A stretch of DNA of 64,000 nt from an uncultured Propionivibrio sp. (GCA_938040985.1 CALHZD010000095.1:447-64446); one strand, 5' to 3'; shown: positions 38,041-49,288, counted from the stretch's first letter. Translations and numbers: made by a program. The notes: a model not told the origin generated them from the sequence alone.

Positions 38041-39624
38041 TTGGTAGGGCACACGTGCCGGAATAACAAAGGCAAGACCGTGATACTTGATCTGTTTACG
38101 CCACGCCCCATACATCAACTATGTGATGCCGCGGAGTTGAAGCGGACGCTGGGTGCATTGCTGGCTGGCGAGGCTTTTAAGGCGGTTGAAGAAATCTATG
38201 GCTGGTTTGAATCGCTGCATCGTGCGGAAGGCGTGCGGCCGATGCAGTTGTTCGATATTGTGCGCCAGCTCGACGAGGTCGGTTATCACAAGATACGTCG
38301 GCTGACGCGGGATTACTTGCATTCCGCGCGCCTGTCGAAAGGCGAAGAACGCCGGTTATGGTCGATGTGCTTCAATTACTGGGGCGAGTTGACCAGCCTT
38401 TATGCTTATTGCGCCGAGCAGCTTCGCCCCGCTTTGCAGGACAAGGCGGATAAGTCAGAGCAGGCGGGCGAGTCGCTTAAATCCATCATGCCGCTGTTGC
38501 TGTCTCGTCAGATGGCGGCGCGGACGAACCAGCTGCGATGGATGGTTTATAGCTATTCTGTGATTGGCGAGGATCTTTGGCGCGGGTTGGGGCATGCATT
38601 CTCGCGTGCCGTTGCGGACGGCTTCGCCAATGAGCCGGTACTGCTGTATCCGGGCATGAATCAGACGACGAGCGTGACGCGGGAGTATCTGCATCTGCTG
38701 GTGCTTTCGGCGTCCTCGGCGGATAGTCTGATGCCTTTTGAGATCGATCTGGCGGATCGGCTGATCGGCCATCTGTTACCGCATTTCGTTCTTTCGGAAA
38801 CTTTCCAGAAAGACAGTGTGTATTGGGTCGATATCGCCGAAGGCAAGCCGCCAACCCGCCTGGCGCGTGAGCCTGCCGCACTGACGCCGACATTGCGCTT
38901 CTTTTCGCCTGGCCGGGCGCATCAGGCGTTAAGCCAGCTCATTCAGCGTGTCGGTCAGGGGGAGGTGCCTGAGGAGTTAAATCTGGGCGGCAATTATGCG
39001 GCTGATATCGTTTTGCCGGTGATGCAGCATTTGGCCTTGTATTGGGCGCCCGAGCCGCCATTGCGTCAACATCCGCGCCATTCGGTCAAGGCGCGCATTG
39101 CTGCGCTGCAGGGGTTTGAGGATTGCTTTACGCTGTTCTCCGGCGAAATTGCGCGTTTCGGCAAGGAACAGACCGCGGCCGTCTGGGTTGTCGAAAACGT
39201 CAGCCTCGGCGGTTTTCTGGCCTCGGCGGATATTGCCGCGGAAGGGCTAAAGATCGGCACCTTGCTTGGCTTGCAGCCGGAAGGCAGCGAGAATTGGGTG
39301 CTCGGCATCGTCCGCCGTTACAGCAAGGAGACGACGACGCAGGCCAGCGTCGGTATCCAGGCGCTGTCACGGCAGGCGTGGAGCGTCAAATTACGTCCCG
39401 GCGGCAATGGGTTTTCGCCGCACAACGCCATCCCAGGTATTTGTCTGGAAGAACATGCGGGCGAAAGTGAGATCCGGATCGTCGTTCCCTCGGGGTGTTT
39501 CGACGCACGCGAGACGATCGAGTTCGTCCATGAAAATCGGCACTACATGCTCACGCCCATTGCATTGGAAGAAGTCGGCGATGATTTTGAGATCGCCCGC
39601 TATCGATTCACCGTGTTTTCCTGA
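38041..39624 (+). CDS. Large cytoplasmic protein with a C-terminal canonical PilZ domain (predicted c-di-GMP receptor)
   Basis: C-terminal RQHPRHS (RxxxR) followed ~40 aa later by ENVSLGGF ([D/N]xSxxG). I do not recognise the ~330-aa N-terminal region. The start is uncertain (alternative GTG ~38080). Confidence 0.7.
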   Translation: MVGHTCRNNKGKTVILDLFTPRPIHQLCDAAELKRTLGALLAGEAFKAVEEIYGWFESLHRAEGVRPMQLFDIVRQLDEVGYHKIRRLTRDYLHSARLSKGEERRLWSMCFNYWGELTSLYAYCAEQLRPALQDKADKSEQAGESLKSIMPLLLSRQMAARTNQLRWMVYSYSVIGEDLWRGLGHAFSRAVADGFANEPVLLYPGMNQTTSVTREYLHLLVLSASSADSLMPFEIDLADRLIGHLLPHFVLSETFQKDSVYWVDIAEGKPPTRLAREPAALTPTLRFFSPGRAHQALSQLIQRVGQGEVPEELNLGGNYAADIVLPVMQHLALYWAPEPPLRQHPRHSVKARIAALQGFEDCFTLFSGEIARFGKEQTAAVWVVENVSLGGFLASADIAAEGLKIGTLLGLQPEGSENWVLGIVRRYSKETTTQASVGIQALSRQAWSVKLRPGGNGFSPHNAIPGICLEEHAGESEIRIVVPSGCFDARETIEFVHENRHYMLTPIALEEVGDDFEIARYRFTVFS

Positions 39625-39675
39625 GGGCATATGGGCGTATGCCGCCGCGATGCGTGCGGTGTTTCGTGCCAATGC

Positions 39676-40260
39676 CTAATTCTCGGGCGCGGGCTTTTCC
39701 GTTAGTGACTTGAGGGCCTGAAACAGTGCGCGGTAACTGCGCGGCGGTTTATTCTGCGCCCGTTCCTTGAGCGCGGCGCGGCGTAACGCGCGTAGTTGCT
39801 GCAAATCGGCGGCAGGATAAGCGCGCGCAATCTCGTAAAGCTGTTTTTCATCAGCCAGAAAATCTTCGCGCCACTTTTCCAGTCGATGCAAACTGGCGAG
39901 CGCCTGCGCCGATTCGCCGCGTGCCTCGGCCAGGGCGGCGCGTATCGGTTCCGGGTCGACATCGCGCATTAGGCGGCCGATGTATTGCATCTGGCGGCGC
40001 CGCGCTTCATCGTGTTTTTTCATGGCGCCGACGGTCTGGATGGCGTCGCGCAGATTTTCCGGCAGATCGATCCGTGCAATGCGCTCGGCGGGTAATGTTG
40101 TCAGTGCCTCACCCAGCGCTTGCAGGTCCTGCATTGCCCGCTTGCGCTGGGTTTTGGAAGGAGGCGGTGCCAGCCCTGCTTCATTTTCGTTATCCGCTCC
40201 CATCTTTATCTCCGCAGCCGGGTAATTGTCCCGGCCATTTGCCGTCTTCATAGCGATCAC
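39676..40260 (-). CDS. yjgA: Ribosome-associated DUF615 protein YjgA-like
   Basis: Highly charged helical protein: SKTQRKRAMQDLQALGEAL..L...RIARIDLPENLRDAI...HDEARRRQMQYIGRLMR. Divergent from pmbA as in many proteobacteria. Confidence 0.8.
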   Translation of the reverse strand: MIAMKTANGRDNYPAAEIKMGADNENEAGLAPPPSKTQRKRAMQDLQALGEALTTLPAERIARIDLPENLRDAIQTVGAMKKHDEARRRQMQYIGRLMRDVDPEPIRAALAEARGESAQALASLHRLEKWREDFLADEKQLYEIARAYPAADLQQLRALRRAALKERAQNKPPRSYRALFQALKSLTEKPAPEN

Positions 40261-40356
40261 ATCATTAGGTAAAAACAGAAAAAACCAGCGCGTGTCGTGC
40301 GCGTGCGCACCCGATGGCGCGCCTGATAACTGCTATGATAGCGGCTCTTTTGACAG

Positions 40357-41778
40357 TTGATGGTCCCTATGCCCCATGACCCTGCCGTAGTATCCACGCA
40401 GCCCCTCGCTCCCGCTCGTGCGCATGCCCGCCCGCCCTCACGTTTTGCGCATCACTCGTCTGTATTGCAGGCGCTGGCCGGTGATGTGCTTCAGTATGCA
40501 AAAATGCTTGGCGCGAGCGACTGCGAGGTGGAGGTTTCCGAAGGCTTCGGGCAGGCGGTAACGGTTCGCTGCGGCGATGTCGAGAATATCGAATATAACC
40601 GTGATAAAGGCATCGGCGTTACGGTCTATCTTGGCGCGCGCAAGGGCTATGCAAGTACCTCGAATTTCTCGTCCGCAGCCTTGCGTGAAACGGTCGACGC
40701 AGCGCTCAATATCGCCCGCTATACCGCCGAGGATTCATGCGCTGGCCTGCCGGAAACCGGCTTGCTGGCGACGCGCGAAGAGTGCGCGCGTGATCTCGAC
40801 CTCTACCATCCGTGGTATATCGGCATCGAAGAAGCCGTCGATACGGCGCGCCGTTGCGAACAGTCGGCCTTTGCCGTCAGCCCACAAATTACCAATTCGG
40901 AGGGGGCGACGGTTTCGGTTCAGGAAGCCCATTTCATTGCCGCCAATAGTCGCGGCTTCATGGGCGGTTATCCCAGCTCACGCCACTATGTGTCCTGCTC
41001 GGTGATTGCCGGTAAGGACGCGGCCATGCAGCGCGATGACTGGTATTCGACTGCGCGTAACCCGGCGCATCTGTCTTCTCCTGAAGCCATCGGCAACTAT
41101 GCGGCGCAGCGCGCACTGGCCCGGATGGGGGCGCGTCAGGTCAAAACGTGCAGAGTGCCCGTTTTATTTGAAGCGCCACTGGCAGCCTCGCTGATCGGCC
41201 ATTTCGTGCATGCCGCCAGCGGCGGCAGCCTGTATCGCAAAAGCTCTTTCCTCACCAACTGCCTTGGTGCGCGCGTGTTTTCGCCCGTCGTGCAGATCAG
41301 CGAGCACCCGCATCTGGTCGGCGGCATGGCCAGTAGTCTGTTCGATAGTGATGGCGTGGCGACGCGACATCGTGAGGTCGTGACCGCCGGGGAACTGAAA
41401 GGCTATTTTCTCGGCGTGTATTCGGCGCGCAAGCTAGGCATGCAAAGCACGGGTAATGCCGGCGGGTGCCATAACCTGATTGTGCGGCCGGGCAGCCATG
41501 ATTTTGCCGGCCTGCTGCGCACAATGCGGCGCGGGCTGTTGGTGACCGAATTGCTTGGGCATGGAGTCAATTATGTGAGCGGCGATTATTCGCGCGGTGC
41601 GGCCGGTTTTTGGGTTGAAGACGGGGAGATCGCTTATCCGGTTGAGGAAATCACTATTGCCGGTAATCTGAAAGACATGTTCCGCCATATTGTCGAGGTC
41701 GGCAACGATATCCTAGTGCGCGGATCAAAGCAGGTCGGTTCGATTCTGATCGAAGAAATGAAAGTGGCCGGCGGCTGA
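40357..41778 (+). CDS. pmbA: Metalloprotease PmbA/TldE
   Basis: Full-length PmbA/TldD family pattern, e.g. C-terminal GVNYVSGDYSRGAAGFWVEDGEIAYPVEEITIAGNLKDMF. Confidence 0.9.
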   Translation: MMVPMPHDPAVVSTQPLAPARAHARPPSRFAHHSSVLQALAGDVLQYAKMLGASDCEVEVSEGFGQAVTVRCGDVENIEYNRDKGIGVTVYLGARKGYASTSNFSSAALRETVDAALNIARYTAEDSCAGLPETGLLATREECARDLDLYHPWYIGIEEAVDTARRCEQSAFAVSPQITNSEGATVSVQEAHFIAANSRGFMGGYPSSRHYVSCSVIAGKDAAMQRDDWYSTARNPAHLSSPEAIGNYAAQRALARMGARQVKTCRVPVLFEAPLAASLIGHFVHAASGGSLYRKSSFLTNCLGARVFSPVVQISEHPHLVGGMASSLFDSDGVATRHREVVTAGELKGYFLGVYSARKLGMQSTGNAGGCHNLIVRPGSHDFAGLLRTMRRGLLVTELLGHGVNYVSGDYSRGAAGFWVEDGEIAYPVEEITIAGNLKDMFRHIVEVGNDILVRGSKQVGSILIEEMKVAGG

Positions 41779-41983
41779 AATATCGTCGATACACTTGATC
41801 TTTCCACGAAGGCAGGCCCGGTCTATTTCGCCGGATGAGGATGATTGTCCGCTGCGGCGTAGCGGGTGGGCGCTCCTATGCTTTTGACGATTCTGCCGTC
41901 TGTCTGGCAAGCCGGAGTAAACGGGCGCTTGCCGGCACCCTGCCTTCCTTGCGCCTTTTTCCAAACTGAGAGAGAGGTGGCGC

Positions 41984-43600
41984 TCAGTTTGCGTCGGGCG
42001 CGCCAAGTTGCCAGCGCTCATTGTCACCATGGCGCTCGATGAGAGACTGTGGCGTGAATGGCAGCGGCAGCAATGCAGAGTCGGCGCCGTTATAAAGGCG
42101 GCAACGCAGGACGCGCGCCAATGCGTTGGTCGGCAGAATTATCTGAGATTCGTTTCCCGATCCGGTCAGCAACAGTGCCGGGTATCGGAAAGTTGCGTTT
42201 GAGATTTTTTCCGTGATTTCCACTGTCAAGGGCGAAATTTTTCCGGCCAGGAAATACGCACCGACCATAATCTGGCCGTCTTGCGCCGACAGGCGAATGA
42301 CGCTTGCTAACTGCAGCTCGGCATCCGGCGTCTGACGAATACCGAGCAGATCGCCGCAGGCCAGGCGCTTTCCTGGCCGATTCACGGCGCGCTGCAAATT
42401 CAGCGTTGTCGTTGTGTCCGCCGAGAGTGCGCCCTGCCAGGTTTCGAAAACGATCGGCGTGAGGTTTTCGGGATCGGCAATGTGTCCGAAAATGGCCAAC
42501 CGTTCGGCCTTGATGCGTGCGACGGAGGTTTCCGGCTGGTTTTCCTGAGTGCTGGTGCCGCCGATGAGACGGTAAATGTCTGTCAACGTGCAGAGTATTT
42601 CTACTGGTTGCATTGCCGTTGCGGCGGCGCAGGATGGCGTGAGCACAGGCGCGTACAGACGCGCGCCCAGTTTCCCCAGCAGGTCGATGGCGACTTCGGA
42701 CGTTACGAGCTTGCCCAGGCGGAGATCTTCCGGCGAAGCGCCGCCTTTCAGCGCCTTAATGCGCTTTCCGATTTTGCGGAAGATGGCGTCAAATGAAATC
42801 TGGCGCTGCGTTGCGCTGCCTTTATTGTCGCGTGCGGAATCCTGAGGGAGAAATAGATCGAGGATAACGCTGTACGCATGATTATTGAAAGGCGTATCTG
42901 CCGGCTCCTGTACAGTAACCAGTTCTCGCCAGCGGGAAAGCCACTGGAGGACGGCGAGCAGGTGAACGTGCCGCAAGCTATAGGGATCGGCCAAGTGTGT
43001 CAGTATCGCCATGCCGTACTGGCCGGTCAGCGTTGATTCGGCTGTTTCATTGGGTAGCGGATCGCGGACGAATTCGCTGAGCGCCTGCAATTTTTCGGCC
43101 GCCAGATAGATGGCGTGCAGTTCTTTCCAGAAATGATCGCCCAGCGCGCTGCCGGCACTGTAGCAGCACAATTGTTCCATGCGCAGGCTGGTGATGGCCC
43201 GGTGCGCGATCTTTCCGGCCAGACCGTTGAGGCCGGCTTCGCCTTCCAAACAGGCATTCAGGCAATATAAGTAACCCAGCGTGCAGCAGCGCCAGAGCCG
43301 GGAGGTAGCCAAAAAGACCGACTGCTCGTCAGAGGCAAGCGGCAATGGTTTGTTTTCAAAATGGCGGCGGCTTTCGGTGCCGATGGTAAATACCGTTCTG
43401 CGCAGTGCTTCCAGTGTCTTGAAGCGCTCCCGCGTGGGCAGGGCAAAGTGGTTAAAGGCATCGATCTCGCGCGTCAGCGCTTCAAGCATGGCCGGGACGT
43501 TAGCCTGAGGCTGCCTGGCAAGCCATTGGCTAGCGAGAAATGCATCGCGGAAGGCGACGGGCTGCTCGGTGCTGGTTTTCGGTAGTGAGAAACGAACCAT
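41984..43600 (-). CDS. Paralogue of 38041..39624 with a degenerate PilZ-like C-terminus
   Basis: Similar length and colinear patches: CGDLLGIRQTPDAELQLASVIRLS...VGAYFL versus GTLLGLQPEGSENWVLGIVRRYS...VGIQAL. The RxxxR / DxSxxG motifs are not conserved. Confidence 0.6.
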   Translation of the reverse strand: MVRFSLPKTSTEQPVAFRDAFLASQWLARQPQANVPAMLEALTREIDAFNHFALPTRERFKTLEALRRTVFTIGTESRRHFENKPLPLASDEQSVFLATSRLWRCCTLGYLYCLNACLEGEAGLNGLAGKIAHRAITSLRMEQLCCYSAGSALGDHFWKELHAIYLAAEKLQALSEFVRDPLPNETAESTLTGQYGMAILTHLADPYSLRHVHLLAVLQWLSRWRELVTVQEPADTPFNNHAYSVILDLFLPQDSARDNKGSATQRQISFDAIFRKIGKRIKALKGGASPEDLRLGKLVTSEVAIDLLGKLGARLYAPVLTPSCAAATAMQPVEILCTLTDIYRLIGGTSTQENQPETSVARIKAERLAIFGHIADPENLTPIVFETWQGALSADTTTTLNLQRAVNRPGKRLACGDLLGIRQTPDAELQLASVIRLSAQDGQIMVGAYFLAGKISPLTVEITEKISNATFRYPALLLTGSGNESQIILPTNALARVLRCRLYNGADSALLPLPFTPQSLIERHGDNERWQLGAPDAN

Positions 43601-43818
43601 CTCATGCCTCTGAATGATGTGCGATGTGTTTTTCTGGCCAATAGCGGACGCTGCGGCTATTTTTCATGCACTCGTCGAATTACTGCGGTGCCCTCGAATT
43701 CGTTGCAATGCACACGCCAAAATATATCCCGTATTCGAGCCACGGATTTTGGTTTTATGTGAGCTGCACGTTATAGCGCATGCCCGCATATCGGCCGGGA
43801 TGCAAAATTCGTCAGCCC

Positions 43819-43860
43819 GAAAAACAATCGGCCAGAACCGTGCAGGTTCCGGCCGATTGT
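43819..43860 (-). terminator. Rho-independent terminator downstream of the epimerase gene
   Basis: Minus-strand hairpin CAATCGGCCGGAACC-loop-GGTTCTGGCCGATTG (one G-U/mismatch) followed by TTTTTC. Confidence 0.7.
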
Positions 43861-43896
43861 AATCCAAACCGAATAAATTATGTGAATTGCTTATTC

Positions 43897-44310
43897 TTAT
43901 TTCTTATTCGGATCTTCGCACAGTTCCATCAGGATGCCGCCCGTGGTTTTCGGATGCACGAAGGCGATGTTGAGGCCTTCGGCACCCTTACGCGGGGTTT
44001 TATCGATCAGCTGGGCGCCCTTGCTGGCCAGTTCGTCTAGGTTTTCTTGCAGTCCCTCAACGGCAAAGGCCAGGTGGTGGATGCCGCCGCCATTCTTTGC
44101 AACGTATTTGCCGATGGGGCCGTCCGGCTCGGTCGATTCGAGCAGTTCGATCTTCGATTGGCCGATTCTGAAGAAGGCAGTGCGGACCTTTTGTTCTTTC
44201 ACTTCTTCAATCGAGTAGCACTTCATGCCCAGCTTTTCTTCCCAGAAGGGAATGGCTTCATCCAGGCTCTTGACGGCGATGCCGAGGTGTTCGATGTGTG
44301 TCAGTTTCAT
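43897..44310 (-). CDS. Methylmalonyl-CoA epimerase / VOC (glyoxalase-fold) family protein
   Basis: IEHLGIAVKSLDEAIPFWEEKLGM...IELLE...GPI.KY..KNGGGIHHLAF.V pattern of methylmalonyl-CoA epimerases. Confidence 0.85.
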   Translation of the reverse strand: MKLTHIEHLGIAVKSLDEAIPFWEEKLGMKCYSIEEVKEQKVRTAFFRIGQSKIELLESTEPDGPIGKYVAKNGGGIHHLAFAVEGLQENLDELASKGAQLIDKTPRKGAEGLNIAFVHPKTTGGILMELCEDPNKK

Positions 44311-44487
44311 GTGTGATTTCCTTGTGTTACGAGGTGATAGAAAACGGGAAAGAACCCGACTAGAAACCTGAAAACCCTTAACGGGTCGGACACTAGCTTA
44401 TACACCTTTTCCAGAAACAATCAATAAGGGGCTTCCACAATATCCGCCGTACTCCGTTTGTAATCAGTGCATTGGGCTGATGCGTCT

Positions 44488-45294
44488 TTACCCCCTCCTT
44501 TGCCAGCGATTGGCCCAGAACAGCAGTGCAATGCCGGATAAAATCATCGGTAGCGAGAGCCATTGTCCCATGCTGATAACTTCCGAGAGGCCGAAAATGC
44601 CCGAATCGGGTTGGCGGAAGTATTCGGCAATGAAACGAAAGGCGCCGTAGCCGACGAGAAATGCGCCGGACACCGCGCCCAGCGGCCGCGGTTTGGCCGA
44701 GAACTGCCACAGGATAACGAAGAGCGCCACTCCTTCCAGCCCGGCCTGGTAGAGCTGTGACGGATGGCGCGGCTGCAAATCCCCGGCCTGCGGAAACACC
44801 ATTGCCCAGGGAAGTGACGGATCACAGACACGCCCCCAGAGTTCGCCATTGATGAAATTGCCGATGCGTCCCACTGCCTGACCGAGCGGCACGAGCGGCG
44901 CGATGAAATCGGTGATGGCCAACCACGGACGCTGCATTTTCCATGATGCAAAGGCCATGGCGACGAGAACGCCGAGAAGCCCGCCGTGGAAAGACATCCC
45001 GCCTTTCCATACGGCAAGGATTTCGAGCGGATGCGACAGGTAATACGCGGGCGCGTAGAAAATGACTTCGCCCAGCCTGCCGCCGAGGATCACGCCGAGA
45101 ACGCCGTAGAACAGCAGGTCGTCGAGCTGCTCGACCGTCCAGCCGTCGGCAATGTACTGCGCATGCGTGCGGATGCGCCGCCGGCCAAGCCACCAAAATT
45201 GCAGAAAAGCCAACAGGTACATCAGCCCATACCAATGGATCGATAAAGGGCCGAGGCGGAGTGCAACAGGATCGAACTGCGGGTGGATCAGCAT
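44488..45294 (-). CDS. lgt: Phosphatidylglycerol--prolipoprotein diacylglyceryl transferase Lgt
   Basis: [41 protein letters not shown] motifs. Confidence 0.95.
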   Translation of the reverse strand: MLIHPQFDPVALRLGPLSIHWYGLMYLLAFLQFWWLGRRRIRTHAQYIADGWTVEQLDDLLFYGVLGVILGGRLGEVIFYAPAYYLSHPLEILAVWKGGMSFHGGLLGVLVAMAFASWKMQRPWLAITDFIAPLVPLGQAVGRIGNFINGELWGRVCDPSLPWAMVFPQAGDLQPRHPSQLYQAGLEGVALFVILWQFSAKPRPLGAVSGAFLVGYGAFRFIAEYFRQPDSGIFGLSEVISMGQWLSLPMILSGIALLFWANRWQRRG

Positions 45295-45480
45295 GCGCGT
45301 GATTACCTTGAAACAAGCGGTTTTAGGCTAGAATCGGAAAGGATTTCGACAAATAACGGGTGGGGGTAACTGCGCGGAAATTATAGCGCGCCGCGTTGCT
45401 TGCGTTTTTGCCGTTTTTTGCCTGTTCGCCTTCGCCTCTCAAGCTGTGTTGACCTGATTCTTGACTTATTGGAGATTCCC

Positions 45481-47337
45481 ATGCCCGCTTATCGCTCCCG
45501 CACGTCTACCCATGGCCGCAACATGGCCGGCGCCCGCTCGCTGTGGCGGGCCACCGGCATGAAGGACGACGATTTTGGCAAACCCATCGTCGCCATCGTT
45601 AATTCCTTTACGCAATTTGTCCCGGGGCACATGCATTTAAAAGACCTCGGCCAGATGGTCGCGCGTGAGGTCGAAGCAGCAGGCGGTGTCGCCAAAGAGT
45701 TCAATACGATCGCCATCGATGACGGTATCGCCATGGGGCATGACGGCATGCTTTACTCATTGCCTTCGCGTGATCTGATCGCCGATTCGGTCGAATACAT
45801 GGTCAACGGCCATTGCGCCGACGCGATGATCTGCATCTCCAATTGCGACAAGATTACGCCGGGGATGCTGATGGCGGCGATGCGCCTGAATATTCCGACT
45901 ATTTTCGTCTCCGGCGGGCCGATGGAGGCGGGTAAGCTTCAACTGAGCAACGATCAGGTCGTGCGTACCGATCTGATTGACGCCATGATTAAAGCAGCCG
46001 ATAAAACGATTTCCGACGCAGATGTCGCCAAGATCGAACGTCTGGCCTGCCCCACCTGCGGTTCCTGCTCCGGCATGTTTACGGCCAATTCGATGAACTG
46101 CCTGACGGAAGTTTTGGGGCTGTCCTTTCCGGGCAACGGCACGTTGCTGGCGACGCACGCCGACCGCAAGGCGCTGTTTCTGCGCGCCGGACGCCATATC
46201 ATCGATCTGTGCCGCCGCTATTATGAGCAGGACGATGCTTCTGTACTGCCGCGCGGCATCGCCTCATTCGGTGCGTTCGAAAACGCCATGTCGCTCGATG
46301 TGGCGATGGGCGGTTCGACCAATACCGTCTTGCATCTGCTGGCGATTGCGCACGAAGCCCAGGTCGATTTCACCATGGCCGATATCGACCGCATCTCGCG
46401 TAAGGTGCCGCATCTGTGCAAACTGGCGCCCTCGACCGAGATCTATCACATTGAGGATTGCCATCGGGCGGGCGGCATTTTCGGTATTCTGGGCGAGCTC
46501 GATCGCCTTGGGCTGATTCATCGCCTGTCCGCGACGATCCACGCGCCGACGCTGGGCGAAGCGATCGACCATTGGGACATTCGCCGCTCGGACGATCCTG
46601 CCGTGCGGCAGATGTACCTTGCCGCGCCGGGCAATAGGCCGAGCGGTGAAGCCTTCTCGCAGGATAAGCGTTATACGGCGCTTGACCTCGATCGCCAGGC
46701 CGGCTGCATCCGCGACCGCGAGCATGCCTACAGTCAGGACGGCGGCCTGGCCGTGTTGTTCGGCAACATTGCCGAGGATGGCTGCATCGTTAAAACGGCG
46801 GGCGTCGACGCCAGCATCCTCAAATTTACCGGCAGGGTGCGCGTTTTTGAGAGCCAGGAAGAGGCGGTCAACGGCATTCTCGGCGACCAGATCGTCGCCG
46901 GCGACGTGGTGCTGATCCGCTACGAAGGGCCGAAAGGCGGGCCGGGCTGCCAGGAAATGCTTTATCCCACCTCCTACCTCAAGTCGCGCCATCTCGGCAA
47001 AGAATGCGCGCTGATCACCGATGGCCGCTTTTCCGGCGGTTCGTCGGGGCTGTCGATCGGTCACGTTTCGCCGGAAGCCGCCGAGGGCGGGGCGATCGGC
47101 TTGGTTGAAGAGGGCGATGTCATCGAAATTGACATTCCCAACCGCAGCATCCGGCTTGCCGTTTCTGACGCGGAACTGACCCGGCGCCGTGCGGCGATGG
47201 AGGCTAAGGGCGACAAGGCCTGGAAGCCGGTCTCCCGTCAGCGCGTCGTCTCCACGGCTTTGCAGGCGTATGGCCTGATGGCGGCTTCTGCATCGCGCGG
47301 CGCGGTGCGCGATCTCGGCCAGTTGCGGCGGCGTTAA
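45481..47337 (+). CDS. ilvD: Dihydroxy-acid dehydratase IlvD
   Basis: [55 protein letters not shown]. Start moved to 45481 (RBS GGAGA). Confidence 0.97.
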   Translation: MPAYRSRTSTHGRNMAGARSLWRATGMKDDDFGKPIVAIVNSFTQFVPGHMHLKDLGQMVAREVEAAGGVAKEFNTIAIDDGIAMGHDGMLYSLPSRDLIADSVEYMVNGHCADAMICISNCDKITPGMLMAAMRLNIPTIFVSGGPMEAGKLQLSNDQVVRTDLIDAMIKAADKTISDADVAKIERLACPTCGSCSGMFTANSMNCLTEVLGLSFPGNGTLLATHADRKALFLRAGRHIIDLCRRYYEQDDASVLPRGIASFGAFENAMSLDVAMGGSTNTVLHLLAIAHEAQVDFTMADIDRISRKVPHLCKLAPSTEIYHIEDCHRAGGIFGILGELDRLGLIHRLSATIHAPTLGEAIDHWDIRRSDDPAVRQMYLAAPGNRPSGEAFSQDKRYTALDLDRQAGCIRDREHAYSQDGGLAVLFGNIAEDGCIVKTAGVDASILKFTGRVRVFESQEEAVNGILGDQIVAGDVVLIRYEGPKGGPGCQEMLYPTSYLKSRHLGKECALITDGRFSGGSSGLSIGHVSPEAAEGGAIGLVEEGDVIEIDIPNRSIRLAVSDAELTRRRAAMEAKGDKAWKPVSRQRVVSTALQAYGLMAASASRGAVRDLGQLRRR

Positions 47338-47392
47338 CCGTCAAAGATAGAAAAAGGCGCCGCAGGACGCCTTGTTACGCGGGGACTTGGCA

Positions 47393-47653
47393 ATGAAAAA
47401 ATTTTTTTATGGCTTTTACTGGAGCGGAGTCTGGATCGGTATTTGTTTCCTTGCTTTTGCCGGCAGGTTATTTTCCCCGGGGGCGTTTTTGGCGCTTTTC
47501 TTTATCGCCCTTGTTCTGAGTTTGCCGTGGAATATCTTCGCCTGCCTGCTCGGGATTCTTCTCATGATGCTAATCCACCCGATAGGTGACTTTTTTCTGT
47601 TTTTGGGAGGCGGGGAAGGTGGGGCATTGGGCGCAATGATAGGGATTCATTAA
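47393..47653 (+). CDS. Small hydrophobic membrane protein, unknown function
   Basis: 86 aa with three hydrophobic segments and visibly lower GC than the flanking core genes. Confidence 0.45.
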   Translation: MKKFFYGFYWSGVWIGICFLAFAGRLFSPGAFLALFFIALVLSLPWNIFACLLGILLMMLIHPIGDFFLFLGGGEGGALGAMIGIH

Positions 47654-47867
47654 TTGCGATAGCCATTGGCCTGCATATCAATGGAATGTGGTTCATCAGC
47701 CATAGAAAAAAGAGGCAACAGCGCAGAATGGAAAAGGAACAAGAACAAGAACAGGCACGGCGGCAAGCGTAGGAAAAAACTTAAGAGCGGGTTTCCCTAG
47801 CCCGGCTGCTGGAATAGCGATTGCAGGTATCCGCTGATTGGTTTTCCATCGGTCGGCATTTTCATTT

Positions 47868-48480
47868 ATGGCAGCGAATCTTTGGCTGGCTTTTTTGACC
47901 GCCTCAGCTGCATTCGCCGTTTTACCGGGGACGGGCGCGGCATTGTCGATGGGCAACGGTCTGCGCTATACGGCTACCGGATGACCCTTCGCAGCATCGC
48001 CCGCTGGCACTGCGCGCTGGCGCCTGAGATTGGCGTCACCGTCGTGGATTTGGGCGGAGCTGACGGCATTTCCCGCACCATTCGATGCGCTTCGCCATTT
48101 AGGGCGCGCATCTGATCAGCAAAAAGCTGCTCCGTCTGAACGAGCATTGCCCAGGGACGTCATGCAAAACGTTGATCATCATTGCTTTTTATTTACGGAA
48201 TCCTTGGCTGAAGCTGTTGCCGGATCGAGTGGAAGACCAAACGGGTCTGGGGCGTCGATTCGTTGACATGGCGTCAAGGCATTGTGCGCAGAGGCTCAAG
48301 CCTGTCGGTCTCTGGCAGGCGCTGGCCAATCAGGTTAAAACATTGTGGAACATTGGCGTAACAAGCGGGAATATTCCGTATGCTCGGCAAAAAATGGATG
48401 GCGCATCCATCAGGTAGTACTGGCAGTTAGCCTTTGCCCTTGCATTGAGCCGCCTGGGCTGGCATAAACAGTCGGTGTAT
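47868..48480 (+). pseudogene. Possible degraded LysE/RhtB-family exporter gene
   Basis: ATG at 47868 opens MAANLWLAFLTASAAFAVLPGTGAALSMGNGLRY (LysE-type N-terminus) and stops after 38 codons. Downstream frames hold further LysE-like fragments (e.g. ...AELTAFPAPFDALRHLG...). No intact ORF of normal length exists. Confidence 0.35.
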
Positions 48481-48523
48481 CCGGTGACACATCTATTATT
48501 CATTTACCCCCAGGAGAGTTGCC

Positions 48524-49288
48524 ATGAAGAAAATACATTATCGAATCGGCCAGATTGTTCCCAGTTCCAATACGACGATGGAGACGGAAATCCCTGCCAT
48601 GCTGCGGGCGCGTGAAACCGTTGAGCCGGAACGTTTTACCTTCCACTCAAGCCGTATGCGCATGAAGAATGTGACGAAGGAAGAACTGGCGGCGATGGAT
48701 AACGACTCTGACCGTTGTGCCATTGAGCTGTCCGATGCGCGCGTCGATGTCCTCGGCTACGCCTGCCTGGTAGCGATCATGAGCATGGGCAAGGGCTATC
48801 ATCGCGTTTCCGAAGCGCGCCTGCATCAGCGCACGGCCGATAATGGGGGTCCGGCGCCCGTTGTGACCAGCGCCGGTGCCCTAGTGGAAGGTCTGAAAGT
48901 CCTCGGTGCGAAAAAGATCTCGCTTCTGGCGCCTTACATGAAGCCGTTGACGCAACTGGTCATTGACTACATCGAAAATGAAGGCATTGAGGTTGTCGAT
49001 AGTTTTTCGCTCGAAATTCATGACAATCTCGAAGTCGGCGCGCGCGACCCGCGTGCGCCGGCCGAACTCTGGCGCAAGCTCAATCTTGCCAACGTCGATG
49101 CCATTGTGGCGTCGGCCTGTGTACAGATGCCGTCGCTGGCTTCGATTCCCTTGATTGAAGCGGCGAGCGGTCTGCCGGTGGTCTCGAGCGCCGTCTGCAC
49201 GACTTACCAGATGTTGGCCAAACTGGGGCTGAAAACTGTTGTGCCGCATGCGGGCAGTCTGCTGTCCGGACGTTATCCAGCAGTTTGA
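48524..49288 (+). CDS. Maleate cis-trans isomerase / Asp-Glu-hydantoin racemase superfamily protein
   Basis: IGQIVPSSNTTMETE N-terminus and two conserved Cys contexts (LGYACLVA, ASACVQMPS), as in maleate isomerases (from memory). Confidence 0.8.
   Translation: MKKIHYRIGQIVPSSNTTMETEIPAMLRARETVEPERFTFHSSRMRMKNVTKEELAAMDNDSDRCAIELSDARVDVLGYACLVAIMSMGKGYHRVSEARLHQRTADNGGPAPVVTSAGALVEGLKVLGAKKISLLAPYMKPLTQLVIDYIENEGIEVVDSFSLEIHDNLEVGARDPRAPAELWRKLNLANVDAIVASACVQMPSLASIPLIEAASGLPVVSSAVCTTYQMLAKLGLKTVVPHAGSLLSGRYPAV

Noticed and set aside
47696-47956. 86-aa minus-strand ORF.
   Set aside because: It overlaps the better LysE-like N-terminal fragment on the + strand, and it has no motifs or export/TM logic beyond a hydrophobic tail. 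It is probably spurious.
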